Source: Macrostomum lignano (taxonomy: Eukaryota). From it: 64,000 bases of DNA. The stretch covers positions 124,001 through 188,000 of the forward strand of contig NIVC01002792.1 of assembly GCA_002269645.1 (NCBI GenBank), written 5' to 3'. The translations under genes and the position numbers were made by a program. Shown one piece after another: positions 1 to 27,141 of the stretch. The first letter of the stretch is position 1. Every line of letters starts with the position of its first letter. The notes beneath the pieces were generated by a model that had not been told where the DNA came from, ran no database searches, and saw only the letters and a program-made list of their open reading frames with translations.

Positions 1-1829
1 GCCACCGCCGGCGCCAGGCCACCAGCAAGGCGGCGCAGAATGCAGACCACAGATTCGGGACAAAGCCGCGATGGGCCGCAGGGTCGTTCACCAGCCGCCG
101 CAGGTGGTCAGGCTCGAGCGCAGTCGCCTGCTTGGTCCGAAGCCCCAGGAAGAGCCGAGCGCCCCTCGCAAGGAACTGCAGCCGTGCCGCCTCTCGAGCT
201 AGGTCTGGCGAGCCGGCCAGCTGGTGGAGCACCGAGACGGAATTGATGATGGACCGCTGGGCTAAGAAGGCGTTGATCCGTGATTGCACCAGGTGAACCA
301 ACGTACTGACACAGGTCGCTCTCGCTGGCGGTGGTCGGACCGATGCCCGCCCGATCACAGAACGCATGCCAGGCCTTGAATTGGCAACGGCAGGATCTCC
401 AGGAGCTGTCTGCGAGAGCAAGGCGGCAGCGGAGACTGCTTTCTGGGGCGGCCCGTCCCGAGAGCGGAGGCGACCTGAAAGCGGAGGGCGGAGTGAGAAG
501 ACACCGAGAGCGCGTGCATGGAAAAATTTGTCAGGCAAAAGGCAGATATGACCGTAAAAACAAAAGCAAAAGTTAAGCAATCCAGCACGAGAGCCAAGCA
601 TATGAGACGCGGCGTCACGTCTCATATTTTTATAATTTTCATAAGTCCTGGCAGGTGATAAGCCTCAATACAAAGAGGTTGGGATGACTGCAGAACAAGT
701 GATTAACCATGCTAACAGCGGCGGTACTATTAGACCAGAATCGAGCCAAACTTCGAAACCGTCAACAGTAGAGTCATGGCTTCCTTGAAGTTAATGTGTA
801 AATTCATTAACTGGCCATCAAAGTCTCTCTCCCAATGGATTTAGACCCAGTCAGAGACGGTTGAGGTCCTCAGAATGCCTGCCGCACCTTCGGTGCAGCT
901 GTCAGACTCAATCGCTGCAAGCTCTGGTACGAGCGTAGTTTGGCCAGAGACTACTAAGCGGCAACCAGGCCAGCGCTTTCTGCCATCAATCTAGGTGCAT
1001 TTTCAGCTCAGACCTAAGCACAATTGGAGCCTTGTAGTCATAATCCATTGAGGTGATCACCTTCATGAAGGAAATGCCGCAGCTGACAATTTATTTGACA
1101 CAGCCAACCGAGCTTCCTCGACAGCTTCTGCATGCGACCGCAGTCCCTCAGTAGGTTGTCGATCTCACTGGCTTTGACAGCAGGAAGGCTCATCGTACCC
1201 TTGCGTGTATCGATGCCTATTCCCAGAAAAGCCAGCTGTTGCACAGGTTGAGTCGACTCAACCTGTTAATAGTAAGTTAAAAACTCCAGTTAATAGTAAG
1301 TCCCAGCGGCTGCAGCAGATTAGTCAGAAAAATCATAGGCCCGCCGGGCCCCGCTCTCCGAGTCAACTGCCATTGTCAAATCGTCCAGGTAGTTGACGGT
1401 GGTGTGAAAACCGCACCGCACCATGTAGCGCTTCACCGCTGATGAGAGCCGATGAAAAATCTCACAGGAGGCGCACGAACCGAAAGGCAGCCTGGTGTCG
1501 AACATCGCAGTCTCGCAGTCCTGACCGTGAAAGCGCCACTTCAAGCCAGAAAGACGATGGTCATTGGGACTGATGGCGACGGACCTGTAGGCATCTTTCA
1601 GATCCATTTTGGCCATGTAGGAACCGGGCTTTAAATGCTTTTTGAATTCTCGAACAGAGCCAAAACGGATGCCTATTTCCTGCTGATAGTAGTCATTAAC
1701 AGAGTCGCCGAGCGGAGCAGACAGATCGTGAATGAGGCGGACTTTCCCGTTGGATTCAGGCAAGGACTCAATGGGGTTTACTTTCACAGGCTCCTTGGGT
1801 AACGGTGTAGCGGCCCGCTGAGCTTTCAC
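1..1829 (-). mobile_element. Decayed Ngaro/DIRS-type tyrosine-recombinase retrotransposon (RT-RNase H-YR), runs off the window start
   Basis: Minus strand. RT at 1829-1040: VRLIHDLSAP..SVND, MAKMDLKDAYR, LPFG, NYLDD, then LAFLGIGIDT. RNase H-like remnants at ~1000-700: IESDSCTEGAAG, IHWERDF, LHINFKEA. YR N-terminal-like segment at ~400-1: FKAWHAFC..ASESDLCQYV, SVLHQLAG..RLQFLARG. Multiple frameshifts and stops. Confidence 0.8.
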
Positions 1830-1989
1830 CTTGGCGGCATTCTGGCTAGAATATTTAGTTATCTCTCAGAGCAGTAATATTAGGTTGCTTATCTTTAACC
1901 AAACGAAAGCCATGAACGATACCATTCATCAAATACTGCTTGTCTGGGTCGTAATTCAGCAGCTTCTCCCAAGCGAAGCCTTCAAATCT

Positions 1990-2560
1990 CCAGCAGAGGA
2001 GTTTAAGCAGACTATCAATCCGCAACTAGCTCAAGACAGTTTTCCGATGCCAACACCGGAGGAAGCTCTCTCCACAGTTGCCACAGGTGCACGAGGTACA
2101 GCATACTTGATTTAGAGAAAGCGTATAACCAGATAGAGCTGGGTGAAGAATCGAAGGCCCTTACTGAAATGTCGACTCTGTTTGGTAACTTTCGCTATAA
2201 TCGTCTGGTGTTTGGTTTAAAAACAGCACTTAGAATTTTCCAGCGCTACATTTCCCAAGTCATCCAAGGTATATCTGGGTCGATTACTTATATTGATGAT
2301 GCGCTGATTGGAGGCAAAGACGAGGCTAAGTTGCAATGTCGAGAAGAGCAGGTGCTCAAACGGCTAGTCAGTGAAATCGTAGCAGGCTGTGGTTCCTAGG
2401 CCACACTCTAGACAATGGTCGCATCTAGTCGAACGACGAGAAAGTCAGTGCAATCAAGGAGATGAAGCCACCAAAGAGCTTGGCAGAGTTAGTCATTTCT
2501 GGGATTAGGGATGTTCTGTTCTCGTTTCGAGCAGATTACCAGAAATACAAGAACAGGACT
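1990..2560 (+). pseudogene. Ty3/Gypsy reverse transcriptase relic
   Basis: Frameshifted pieces read FKQTINPQL..FPMPTPEE, EKAYNQIEL, FGNFRYNRLVFGLK..IFQR and TYIDDALIGG. No LTRs seen. Confidence 0.7.
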
Positions 2561-3535
2561 GTTCACGTGATCTTGAGCGCGAGTGAGCCACAGAGACCCA
2601 CGATTCTCAAGGAATCGATTCTTTAAGTTGCTATGCTCATATGAGCCTATTTTGAATTATTTAAATTAAGGTCTCATCAAGGAGTCTCCAGGCTAGCAAT
2701 CCAAGTAGCTAGTGTATATTGTGGTCAAGCGGTTCGCATTAGACGAAAGAAATTGTACCACGACTACGTGGCTGTCTGGTGGTCTTCGATTTTTTGTTAC
2801 CACAGACATTTCCATTTGTACTATGATGTCAAAATAAGCGACGTCATCTATTGCACCGAAATGGAGACTCACGTGAATTTACATTGGGGACTAACACACG
2901 AGGTGTCTATGGCCCAAGATAGACAGTTGGAAGTGTAAAGAGTCGGGACTAACCTAGAGGTTTTATCGGACAATTGGATTAGCGACAATCGGACTGCATT
3001 TGCGGACCCTTAAAAATCCCTTACAAGCCTTTAATTTGGCTACAAACTTTCAGTCATACGAGCCAAAATTAGAAATTAAAAATAAAATAATGTTTAAAAC
3101 AATTAATTTTCACAATTTAATAGTAAGGTAAGCTTCCATTGAACTACAGGCAAGCACAGAATGAATTATGAAGCTGTCAGCCCATCCAATACCAAGCTAA
3201 ACAGCTCCTGTCCAGTTCCACTGTACACTTGGCTGCGTACACAGGAGGAGTGAATGTACACTGCCTGTCTTCTCTTCTTATTCGTAGCCTCCGCCAGCCC
3301 TGTTCTCTCCTCTCGGTCGTCCTCAGGCCTTTCTCACCCCAGCCCCACAACCCACAGCTCCGTTGCCATTGGCAACGCTATGAGGCAGGCGGCTCAGCGT
3401 ACAGCAGAGAGGGCAGAGGTAGGTATGGAGGCATAACTAATGAAAGAGTGTAAAGGAGAGTCGCAGGAATGCGCAGGCTTTGAATAACTAACTAGTTTGA
3501 GAAGTCTGTCAAGAAGGAGCAGATAATTGACGCAA

Positions 3536-6500
3536 ATGCTTGATCGGCATCGAATCATTGGCCTGCTGCGGCTGCTGCTGCTGCTTCTTCCGCTTCCGGC
3601 TGTGCTGGCCCAGTCGGAGACGCAGCTGCTCGACCCGCAGTACTACAACATCGCCCCGTGCCCCTGCGACCTGCAGCCCAGCACCTGCGACGTCGGCTGC
3701 TGCTGCGACACGGCCTGCACGGACAACGATAAGACCCTCTTCGACTGCGCTCAGGGCTTCTACGGCGGAAACACCAGCTCCCTCGAGCTGTACAGGAGGT
3801 GCAACTCAACTGACAGCGGTAATCCGGATTACCACCCCTTCACCTGCGTGCTGATCGAGAATTACAATGCCTACCTCGGCCGGTATTTCACGGTGCAGAC
3901 CATCGCCACCGACTGGCAGGCGAAGAGGAGCAGCGGCTCCGCTGCGAGCCTGGCCGGCCAGTTTCCCGTGCAGACCATCCTGGGACTGCAGGTGCGTGGT
4001 TCGCGCCCCGAATCTCATGAAGATGTATTAGAGATTGCTCTGAGATTGGAATGCATAGTGCACTACCGATTGTATTTTTGATATTCAATTGATTGTCTAC
4101 TTTGTCTGTAAATCTCGAATGTGTCTGTATAGATCTAGAATGTTTCTGTATAGATCTCGAATGTTTCTGTATAGATCTCGAATGTGTCTATAGATACTAT
4201 ATTATATCAATAGACTGTCTGTAGATACCTAGCGACTGTCTGTAGATACCTAGCGACTGTCTGTAGATACCTAGCGACTGTCTGTAGATACCTAGCGACT
4301 GTCTGTAGATACCTAGCGACTGTCTGTAGATACCTAGCGACTGTCTGTAGATACCTAGCGACTGTCTGTAGATACCTAGCGACTGTCTGTAGATACCTAG
4401 CGACTGTCTGTAGATACCTAGCGACTGTCTGTAGATACCTAGCGACTGTCTGTAGATACCTAGCGACTGTCTGTAGATACCTAGCGACTGTCTGTAGATA
4501 CCTAGCGACTGTCTGTAGATTCATTCACCAGCACGTTCATCCGCCGCGGTTTCCAGGAATCGTCACCAGCCACTGAGCAGCGCGCCGGCCTGCTGCTGCT
4601 GGAGGTGCCGGGCGGCGTCAACCCTACCTGGTTGAACTCCGGCCAGGCCGCCAACAACCGCCTGGCCCTGCCGCAGCGGAGCCTCGCTGGCGGCTGCGAC
4701 CGCAGCGCCGGAATCGCCTACCTGCAGGACTCTTCGGACAGCTGCGACGTTGCGGTGTCGGCCGCCGTCTGCCAGGGCGGCGTGGCCTCGCCAATCGATG
4801 CGAACATCTTCGCCATCGCCTGCGCTGGCGGCAGCGCCTCCTGCAGCGTGTCGGTGCGCACAAACAGGTCGGCCTCCGCCCAGTCGGTGCCGATCACCGT
4901 CACCTACCTGACTCTCAGCTCTGCCGTCGGCTATCAGAAAGGCCTGACGGGCTCGAGTCCCACGACCTCGCCTGGCAGTCTGGCGCCGCCCAGCCAGACC
5001 AGCACCACCTGCAACAACGCCGTTCTGGACGTCCAGTACCGCTTCGTGTGGAGCGGCAGCAGCATCGTCAGCCTGACGGCCACCATCTACATGGCGGACG
5101 TGACTGTCGACTCGACTGTGTCGCAAAAGTTTAGCGTCACTTTTGTACACCAATCGGCAGCGTCGTTGGCAACGGTTACTAAGCGCTCGGGACTGGTCGG
5201 ATACGACACGGGGGCGCCGCTGATCGGTGGAGTTCGCGGCTCCAGCGGCCCGGTGAGCCGCCGACTGACCAGCTTTGGGGTTTCTGCTGGGTAGCTGGAT
5301 GAACAGGCAGCTTGCGTGGTGCAGAGAGTTGTCTCTGATCTGTGGATGATCTGTGAGCCTCAAGGTGCAGAGAGTTGTCTCTGATCTGTGGATGATCTGT
5401 GAGCCTCAAGGTTCAGAGAGTTGCCTCTGATCTGTGGATGATCTGTGAGCCTCAAGGTGCAGAGAGTTGTCTCTGATCTGTGGATGATCTGTGAGCCTCA
5501 AAAGGTTCAGAGAGTTGTCTCTGATCTGTGAAGCGTCAGTGACATCAAGCCTCAAGGTTCAGAGAGTTGTCTCTGATCTGTGAAGCGTCAGTGACCTCAA
5601 GGTTCGGAGAGTTGTCTCTGATCTGTGATGCGTCAGTGAGCCTCAAGGTTCGGAGAGTTGTCTCTGATCTGTGATGCGTCAGTGAGCCTCAAGGTTCAGA
5701 GAGTTGTCTTTGATCTGTGAAGCGTTAGTGACCTCAAGCCTCAAGGTTCAGAGAGTTGTCTCTGATCTGTGAAGCGTCAGTGACCTCAAGGTTCGGAGAG
5801 TTGTCTCTGATCTGTGAAGCGTCAGTGACCTCAAGGTTCGGAGAGTTGTCTCTGATCTGTGAAGCGTCAGTGACCTCAAGGTTCGGAGAGTTGTCTCTGA
5901 TCTGTGAAGCGTCAGTGACCTCAAGGTTCGGAGAGTTGTCTCTGATCTGTGAAGCGTCAGTGACCTCAAGGTTCGGAGAGTTGTCTCTGATCTGTGAAGC
6001 GTCAGTGAGCCTCAAGGTTCAGAGAGTAGTCTCTGATTTGTGAAAAGTCAGTGAATACAGTCTTCGCAGAATACAGGTTTAATACAGCATTTTGGTTGAT
6101 TCAATCTAGGAGGTTTTAGGCAGAACACGCCACAAGTAGTTTTACAGTCGGTTCACACCTGCTGAACTCCCGCAGGTGAACGCCAGCTCCAGCTATTGGC
6201 CAACCCTGTGGCGGGCGACCTCAGGCGGAGCATGTCCCGCTGCCGGAGCCACCGGCGGCGACCCGGTGCTCTTCCAGTTCGACGCGACTTCCTACTGCAC
6301 CGAGACGGTGTCGAACTTTACCAACTGCTTCAGCCTTCGGCAGCAGCTGCAGGCCCGGCTGAGGCAGCAGTTCTCAGCCGGGGTCATCGGAGTGTTCGGC
6401 AGTGCCAACACCACCACCGCCAATGACTGGGTGAGCGCGCTGACCTTTGCGACAGGGACACAGGCTCTGGGGTTGGGTCACTACCATAGCCGTCACACCA

Positions 6501-7042
6501 TCGGGTAGTGAAATGAGTTTCCCATGAAGACCCTTTCGCAATCGCAGGTGAACATCCTGGAGCAGAACCTCACCGACTACACGGGTCTGGACTTTGCCAT
6601 CAGCAACAACAACGTGACCCCCGCTTGGACCGAGATGCCGGACCTGTGCCTCGGCCTGCCCACCGAGATCGTGCTGTCGGTGCTGTACGCCCAGCAGGGC
6701 AAGGCAAACGACTCCAGCATCTGGCAGGTGGTGGGCGCCTACTTGAGCTACAAGCAGGTGCACGTGGCCGCCACCTGCGGGCCGACTGGCTGCAGCGGCA
6801 CCCAGCTGCTGCTGTCCACCGGAGTGAAGTTCGTCCGCGTGCCGCCGGACTGGGCGGACAACAGCCAGGCCGGCCTCGGCCCGTACAAGACGCCCTGCTG
6901 GTGGGGCATCTGCTGGGACGAGCTGGCCTTCCCGCTCACCACCGACTTTGAGGGCGACAGTCGGGCGTCGAGCATCGCCTGGGTGCTGTTCATCGTGCTG
7001 GTCGCGGTGTACGCCTTCTGCATTTCCCGGCCCTGGTGGTAG
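3536..7042 (+). CDS. TCTN2: Tectonic (TCTN2-like) ciliary transition-zone protein, 633 aa, 4 exons
   Basis: join(3536-3991,4557-5252,6176-6430,6548-7042); all junctions GT-AG and phase 0. Signal peptide, then the tectonic Cys motif CPCDLQPSTCDVGCCCDTAC. The C-terminus CWDELAFPLT..FEGD + TM helix + SRPWW resembles TCTN2 rather than TCTN1/3 (paralog call from memory). Confidence 0.88.
4085..4520. repeat. TCTN2 intron 1 minisatellite: degenerate ~22-mers, then 21-bp unit GACTGTCTGTAGATACCTAGC (~14.5 copies, 4213-4520)
   Basis: Read directly; gives the 7-aa periodic ORF YLQTVAR. Confidence 0.95.
5315..6050. repeat. TCTN2 intron 2 minisatellite, 45-46 bp unit, two subtypes
   Basis: TCAAGGTTCGGAGAGTTGTCTCTGATCTGTGAAGCGTCAGTGACC; the early units carry GGATGATCTGTGAGCC instead. 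Confidence 0.95.
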
Positions 7043-7074
7043 CTGCCGCCCAGACTGCTGAGCGCGTGCACAGT

Positions 7075-7428
7075 GAACACAACGATGCGGTCCAGCGTCT
7101 GTCTGATACCCACCCACCCGAACACAATGATGCGGTCCAGTGTTTGTCTGATACCCACCTACTCGAACACAATGATGCGGTCCAGTGTTTGTCTGATACC
7201 CACCCACCCGAACACAATGATGCGGTCCAGTGTTTGTCTGATACCCACCCACCCGAACACAATGATGCGGTCCAGTGTTTGTCTGATACCCACCCACCCG
7301 AACACAATGATGCGGTCCAGTGCCTGTCTGATAGAATACCCACCCACCCGAACACAATGATGCGGTCCAGTGTTTGTCTGATACCCACCCACCCGAACAC
7401 AATGATGCGGTCCAGCGTCTGTCTGATA
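7075..7428. repeat. 45-bp minisatellite just after the TCTN2 stop
   Basis: CACCCACCCGAACACAATGATGCGGTCCAGTGTTTGTCTGATACC, about 8 copies. Confidence 0.95.
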
Positions 7429-7846
7429 GATAAAAAATGCTAATTTTCGAATCACTGGCAGAGCCAACTAGTATATAATGTTTACAAAAATTATATCATT
7501 ACTATATCCATTCCTGTGCTACGTTTCAAGGTATTAAGTGTTCTTACGTGATGAGTGCTAAATATGCACTTTAGTTAAGAGACACTGTACTTTAGTTAGA
7601 ATTTTATAATCCTTTTTGGGTTTTTTTCTATTTATTTGTTGCGTCTGTGTCTGCAGCGAGCTGTTGGTTGGGAAACTGCCAGCTCTGCCTCTGCAGGCTC
7701 ATTTCGCAGTTGTAAAGTACACACCGAATTGAACAGCAACTGTGCCAAGTGTCAGGGTAGGGTTCTGCTTTTGCAAAGACAATGGGGAACCGTTTTAGTT
7801 GGGAAATTTATATATTAAGCTATAAACCTGAGTGCGTTTTGTGGCT

Positions 7847-8370
7847 CGAGTGGACACCCTCTCCTAGATCTCCAGGTTGTGGACACCCTCTTCTAGATCT
7901 CCAGGTTCGAGTGGACACCCTCTCCTAGATATTCGGGCTCGAGTGGACACCCTCTCCTAGATATTCGGGCTCGAGTGGACACCCTCTCCTAGATCTTCGG
8001 GCTCGAGTGGACACCCTCTCCTAGATCTTCGGGCTCGAGTGGACACCCTCTCCTAGATATTCGGGCTCGAGTGGACACCCTCTCCTAGATCTTCGGGCTC
8101 GAGTGGACACCCTCTCCTAGATCTTCGGGCTCGAGTGGACACCCTCTCCTAGATCTTCGGGCTCGAGTGGACACCCTCTCCTAGATCTTCGGACTCGAGT
8201 GGACACCCTCTCCTAGATCTTCGGGCTCGAGTGGACACCCTCTCCTAGATCTTCGGGCTCGAGTGGACACCCTCTCCTAGATCTTCGGGCTCGAGTGGAC
8301 ACCCTCTCCTAGATCTTCGGGCTCGAGTGGACACCCTCTCCTAGATCTTCGGGCTCGAGTGAACACCCTC
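7847..8370. repeat. 32-bp minisatellite between the convergent TCTN2 and sGC 3' ends
   Basis: GAGTGGACACCCTCTCCTAGATCTTCGGGCTC, about 16 copies. Confidence 0.95.
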
Positions 8371-8527
8371 TTAATCTACACAATCAGAAGGGAGTGCAGC
8401 AAGCAGAAGTGCAGAGAAAAACCAGTGTCACCTGAGGCAGCAGCCGCAGTTTGAATTACAACAGAAAAACAGGATTTTCAGTCTCTGGCGCATCTCAGGA
8501 AAGTGCAAACTGGGAGCGCGAAGCGCC

Positions 8528-23668
<15,141 letters not shown>

Positions 23669-23756
23669 GCTGCTGATAGTGCTGCTTCCGTAGCTCAACG
23701 CTGCTCTTCGCTCGGGTTTTCCCTGTCACTTTTTAACCCGCGCGTTGCAAAGCTGG

Positions 23757-23864
23757 CCTGATTGGCCCGCTAATTATCTGAGCAGCGATTGGTCGCAGCA
23801 GCCAGTCAGCAGCAGCAGCAACAGGGCTGCAGCGTGTCATTCAGTTGAAAAAAAAAAAAAAAAA
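23757..23864 (-). promoter_or_regulatory. Upstream region of sGC: T-tract plus orphan 3' splice acceptor (candidate trans-splice site) and two CCAAT boxes
   Basis: Minus strand reads T17-18 (about 23864-23847) CAACTGAATGACACGCTGCAG|, AG at 23828-23827. ATTGG motifs at ~23761 and ~23789. Confidence 0.45.
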
Positions 23865-24106
23865 ACTGATTTGAAAATTGAGCCAGCCGGAGCTCATTAA
23901 TTTTCCCGCCAGCAGCCAGCATGGAAACGGCGACAGGAAATCGAGGAAGCGGAAAGCTGGATTTTAATTTCAGCAGTGAGCACCCTCTCAGTTCATGGAC
24001 AAGCAGCCCTTCCCAGGCCGCAACAAACAAATCAAGACTTCTGATCGATTGCCTGCATAGCTTTGATAAATTAGCCAATGCGGGTTAAATGTTCAAGTAT
24101 AATCGA

Positions 24107-24112
24107 TTTATT
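24107..24112 (-). promoter_or_regulatory. Candidate poly(A) signal of the Prx-like gene
   Basis: AATAAA on the minus strand about 215 nt after the stop codon. Confidence 0.55.
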
Positions 24113-24327
24113 TAGTTATACTACTCGAACCATCTTTAATGATGGCTAGCAGGTAACTGTTGCATGCAGCACTGTATGACTCAAAGGTTATTAAAGGCAA
24201 AAGCTTACGAAATAAAATTGCCTGATTCGAATGCATAGAATTTGGCCCTATACTACGTGTAGCTAAAATGCGAGCGGTGTTTCCAGAGTTTTCCATCCGA
24301 CAGTCGAGTCCAAGCTGCAGCCCGGCA

Positions 24328-27141
24328 TCACTTGTTGTCCCCGCTCTCCGCCGCCTCGGTGGGATATTTCTCCCGGAAGTAGGCCCGGCTGGCCTCCGGG
24401 TCGGGCGCCAGGCCGGCGTCCCCCGAGTTCCAGTCGGCCGGGCAGACCTCGCCGTGCTCGTCGGTGAACCGGAAGGCCGTCAGCTGGCGGTACAGCTCGC
24501 CGACGCTGCGGGACACCTGCGGGCAGGCGATGAAGGGTGCCCGAGGGTCAGGGTGCACCGACCCGCATCCGGGATACATTTCCCATTCTTGGTTCGGAAA
24601 GTCCCCATGCAGATAAAGATCCGCCAATCAAGGCGAACCACGAACTCTCACAATCGCACGAGCTGTCTGCAATTTCCTTGGGTAGCCGATCAACCTTCAA
24701 GTAGCCCCGGCCAATTTAATAGATTAATCATTTAACAACAATGAATGACTGAGGCCACTGTTGAACCGTTCGATTTGGCAAATTAATGCAAATTTAGCGA
24801 GTCTATAGAAACAGAGAACGCTCGGGTGCCCACGCAAGATGAAGCTTGAAGCGACGAGCCATGCAATGCACTGAGGGAGGCCCTGCAATATCAGCAAATC
24901 CGAGACAACGGCAAGCCTAATCAAGCAGAGCAGGAAGAGTTACCTAGGCTACGGGGTTGTAGCCTAGTCGTTAGAGCATTGGACTCACGATTGAAGGGTC
25001 GGGGGTTCGATTCCCAATCCCACTGGAACAATTTGCGTCCTTGCATTTAACTCTGCATTGCTTCAGTTCACCCAGCGGTAGAATGGGTGCCGGCATAAGC
25101 TGGGGTAATTGAGGATGTGTGTGGCGACCCTCTAATCTGTGGACTGAACAGCCGCACGCAGCCTTCAGATGCGCCTCGCGCTAGCTGCGGCTGAGCTGTC
25201 GGTTGCACATCTGCCCATTAGGGCAGGCGTAATTATTTATAAAAATAATTATTCCTAAATAAATGTACTCCTTCATCTACATTCAAGAGTTGGCAATAGT
25301 TCACAAAACATATTTTTTAATTCTGCCAAAGCATTTACCAGCAAACAGTGCAAGTCGTAAATAACATATTTTTTCGGCAAGTGCAAAAATATATGAATCA
25401 TTTTTTATTCTGCGCAGAGACGAAGGCGGTGAGATGAAAAGCACCAACGGCTCAGGTGAGCCCCGAGTGCTGATCAACAGTAAACACCGGCTTTGCAATC
25501 GAATTTCTTTGACAAGCTGCAAGGGGATTAGCAGGCGGCAGTCAGGAAATAATGCAGTGATCGCCGTCAGGCATTTTCCCGAATTCAAGAGCTGCAGCGG
25601 CCTGAAGCTGCAACTCAAAGGCCTCTGTTTGTTTTGCTGATACTGGACAGACTGCAAAACCTTCCGGACAAAAGCTGCCATATCCGATTGCAGAAAACTA
25701 TACGGGTCAACAACTGACGGAGAGGCGTTCCACTTGAGCTTGGAGCAATTTATACAGAAGGCTGGGTAAACACAGGCGTTTATGGCCTTTCAAATGCCAA
25801 AGCATTGCTTCAAGACTGCGCGCAACCTTGAAAACGGAAAATAAAAAGCCCCACAAAGTCTCCTTGCGAAAGAGTGTAATCATGCCAAGAAAGTGCTGTG
25901 TTGCAGGATGCAGCCCTAATTATGTCATCAAAGAAAGGTGCATGCATTGTCTTATGTCTTCCCGAAAGAGGCCAAATGGCCCGGCCGACGCAAGTTACGT
26001 AAATAGCCCAAGCCGACTGTCTGACCGTTTGAAAGCAGCTTCTGCTCGCCCCGTTTCTATAAAAAGCTGTCGATTTTGTTTGTCGTAACGTTTGAATGAA
26101 TAAACTTGTTAACGTGACAGCATGCAGCTTCAGTTTAACTTTGTCAGCCTGGATGCATCAGTGATGTCTTACATGAAAGTCCAGGCCTCGAGATAAAAAA
26201 TTACACAAGACGTCATGCACTCTCGTAGCTCCTCACGCCCCAAAGCACCTTTGAACTGAATCTGGGTGACAATTGGCCATCCAGTTTCTTTCTCTTCTGG
26301 AGCGCTGATTGGCTGAATGGAAACTGCCCACTGTACATGTTCGCATAAGCACCGGTTTCCTTTCTACCCTCCGCTCCACCAACTCTGAGCGTAAACGACC
26401 GTTTACCGTATTTGGGACCCTGAGCTCTGTTCTTAATCTTACGTTTTTTTCAGTTTTGCAAGCGTCCCTGCTAATTCCCAGGGCCCCTTCCCTGCATGTC
26501 CGCCTCTGCTAAGCATGGAGAGTAGCTACAACCTTCGAGTTACTGGAGCCCAAGTTCAGTGGCGCTCTTGTGCAACCATAAAAGTCTCAAACTTTCGTCC
26601 GCAAAGTCGCTCGCAAGCCCCTCACCATGGCATCGTTGATGGTGAGCTGGCGCACCACCCCCTTGTCGTCAAGAATGACGTGGGCTCGGTGCAGCAGCTC
26701 CGCCTTGGCGTTCCACACACCGGCGAAGTGGCAGCTGAACCGGCCGGCGCCATCGCAGATGACGGGGAACGGCAGTTCCTGCAGGCCGCCGCGGCTGGCC
26801 GGCGTGTCCATCCAGCGCTGCACCTGGTCGACGCTGGCGTCCACCACGCCGACAACGTAAGTCTTGTGCTGATCGTGCAGCTCCTTGACCATGTCCGCTG
26901 AGACGGCGTGAAACTCATCGAAAAGGTCGCTGCCAGAGTCGGACAGGCGGTCGACGGCCGGGCCGTGGGTCGGCAGGAACAGCAGCAGGAGGTAGCTGTG
27001 CGACAGGCGGTAGGTGCGAAGGCTCACCTCCTGGAGACTGCCGCCGGCAACCGCGACTGCGGTGGCGTCTTCCGGGGCGACTTGGCCAACCGAGACGGGC
27101 TGGCTGGAGCTGCCGCTGGCCGGTTTGCGATAATTCGACAT
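24328..27141 (-). CDS. Peroxiredoxin-like protein (Prx1/AhpC fold) lacking the peroxidatic Cys, 234 aa, 2 exons
   Basis: complement join(27141-26626,24516-24328), ATG|GTGAGG..CGCAG|GTG. Collinear with typical 2-Cys Prx: VGQVAPE, WMDTP..GGL, HRAHVILDDKGVVRQLTIND, VSRSVGE, AFRFTDEHGEVCPADW, SRAYF. Confidence 0.88.
24953..25250 (+). mobile_element. tRNA-derived SINE in the Prx-like intron
   Basis: A box TAGCCTAGTCGTTAG, B box GGTTCGATTCC, poorly paired acceptor stem, SINE-like body TTCAGTTCACCCAGCGGTAGAATGGGTGCC, AT-rich tail. Confidence 0.65.
25881..26090 (+). pseudogene. THAP-domain relic (probable DNA-transposon remnant)
   Basis: MPRKCCVAGCSPNY, then in a shifted frame YVFPKE..W and CSPRF (CxxHF-like). 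Frameshifted with stops. Confidence 0.4.

Noticed and set aside
3254-3436. 60-aa ORF with a signal-peptide-like start upstream of TCTN2
   Set aside because: No recognisable homology; may be UTR or chance.
24953-25028. tRNA-Val(CAC) gene
   Set aside because: The acceptor and anticodon stems pair poorly and the sequence continues into a SINE body.
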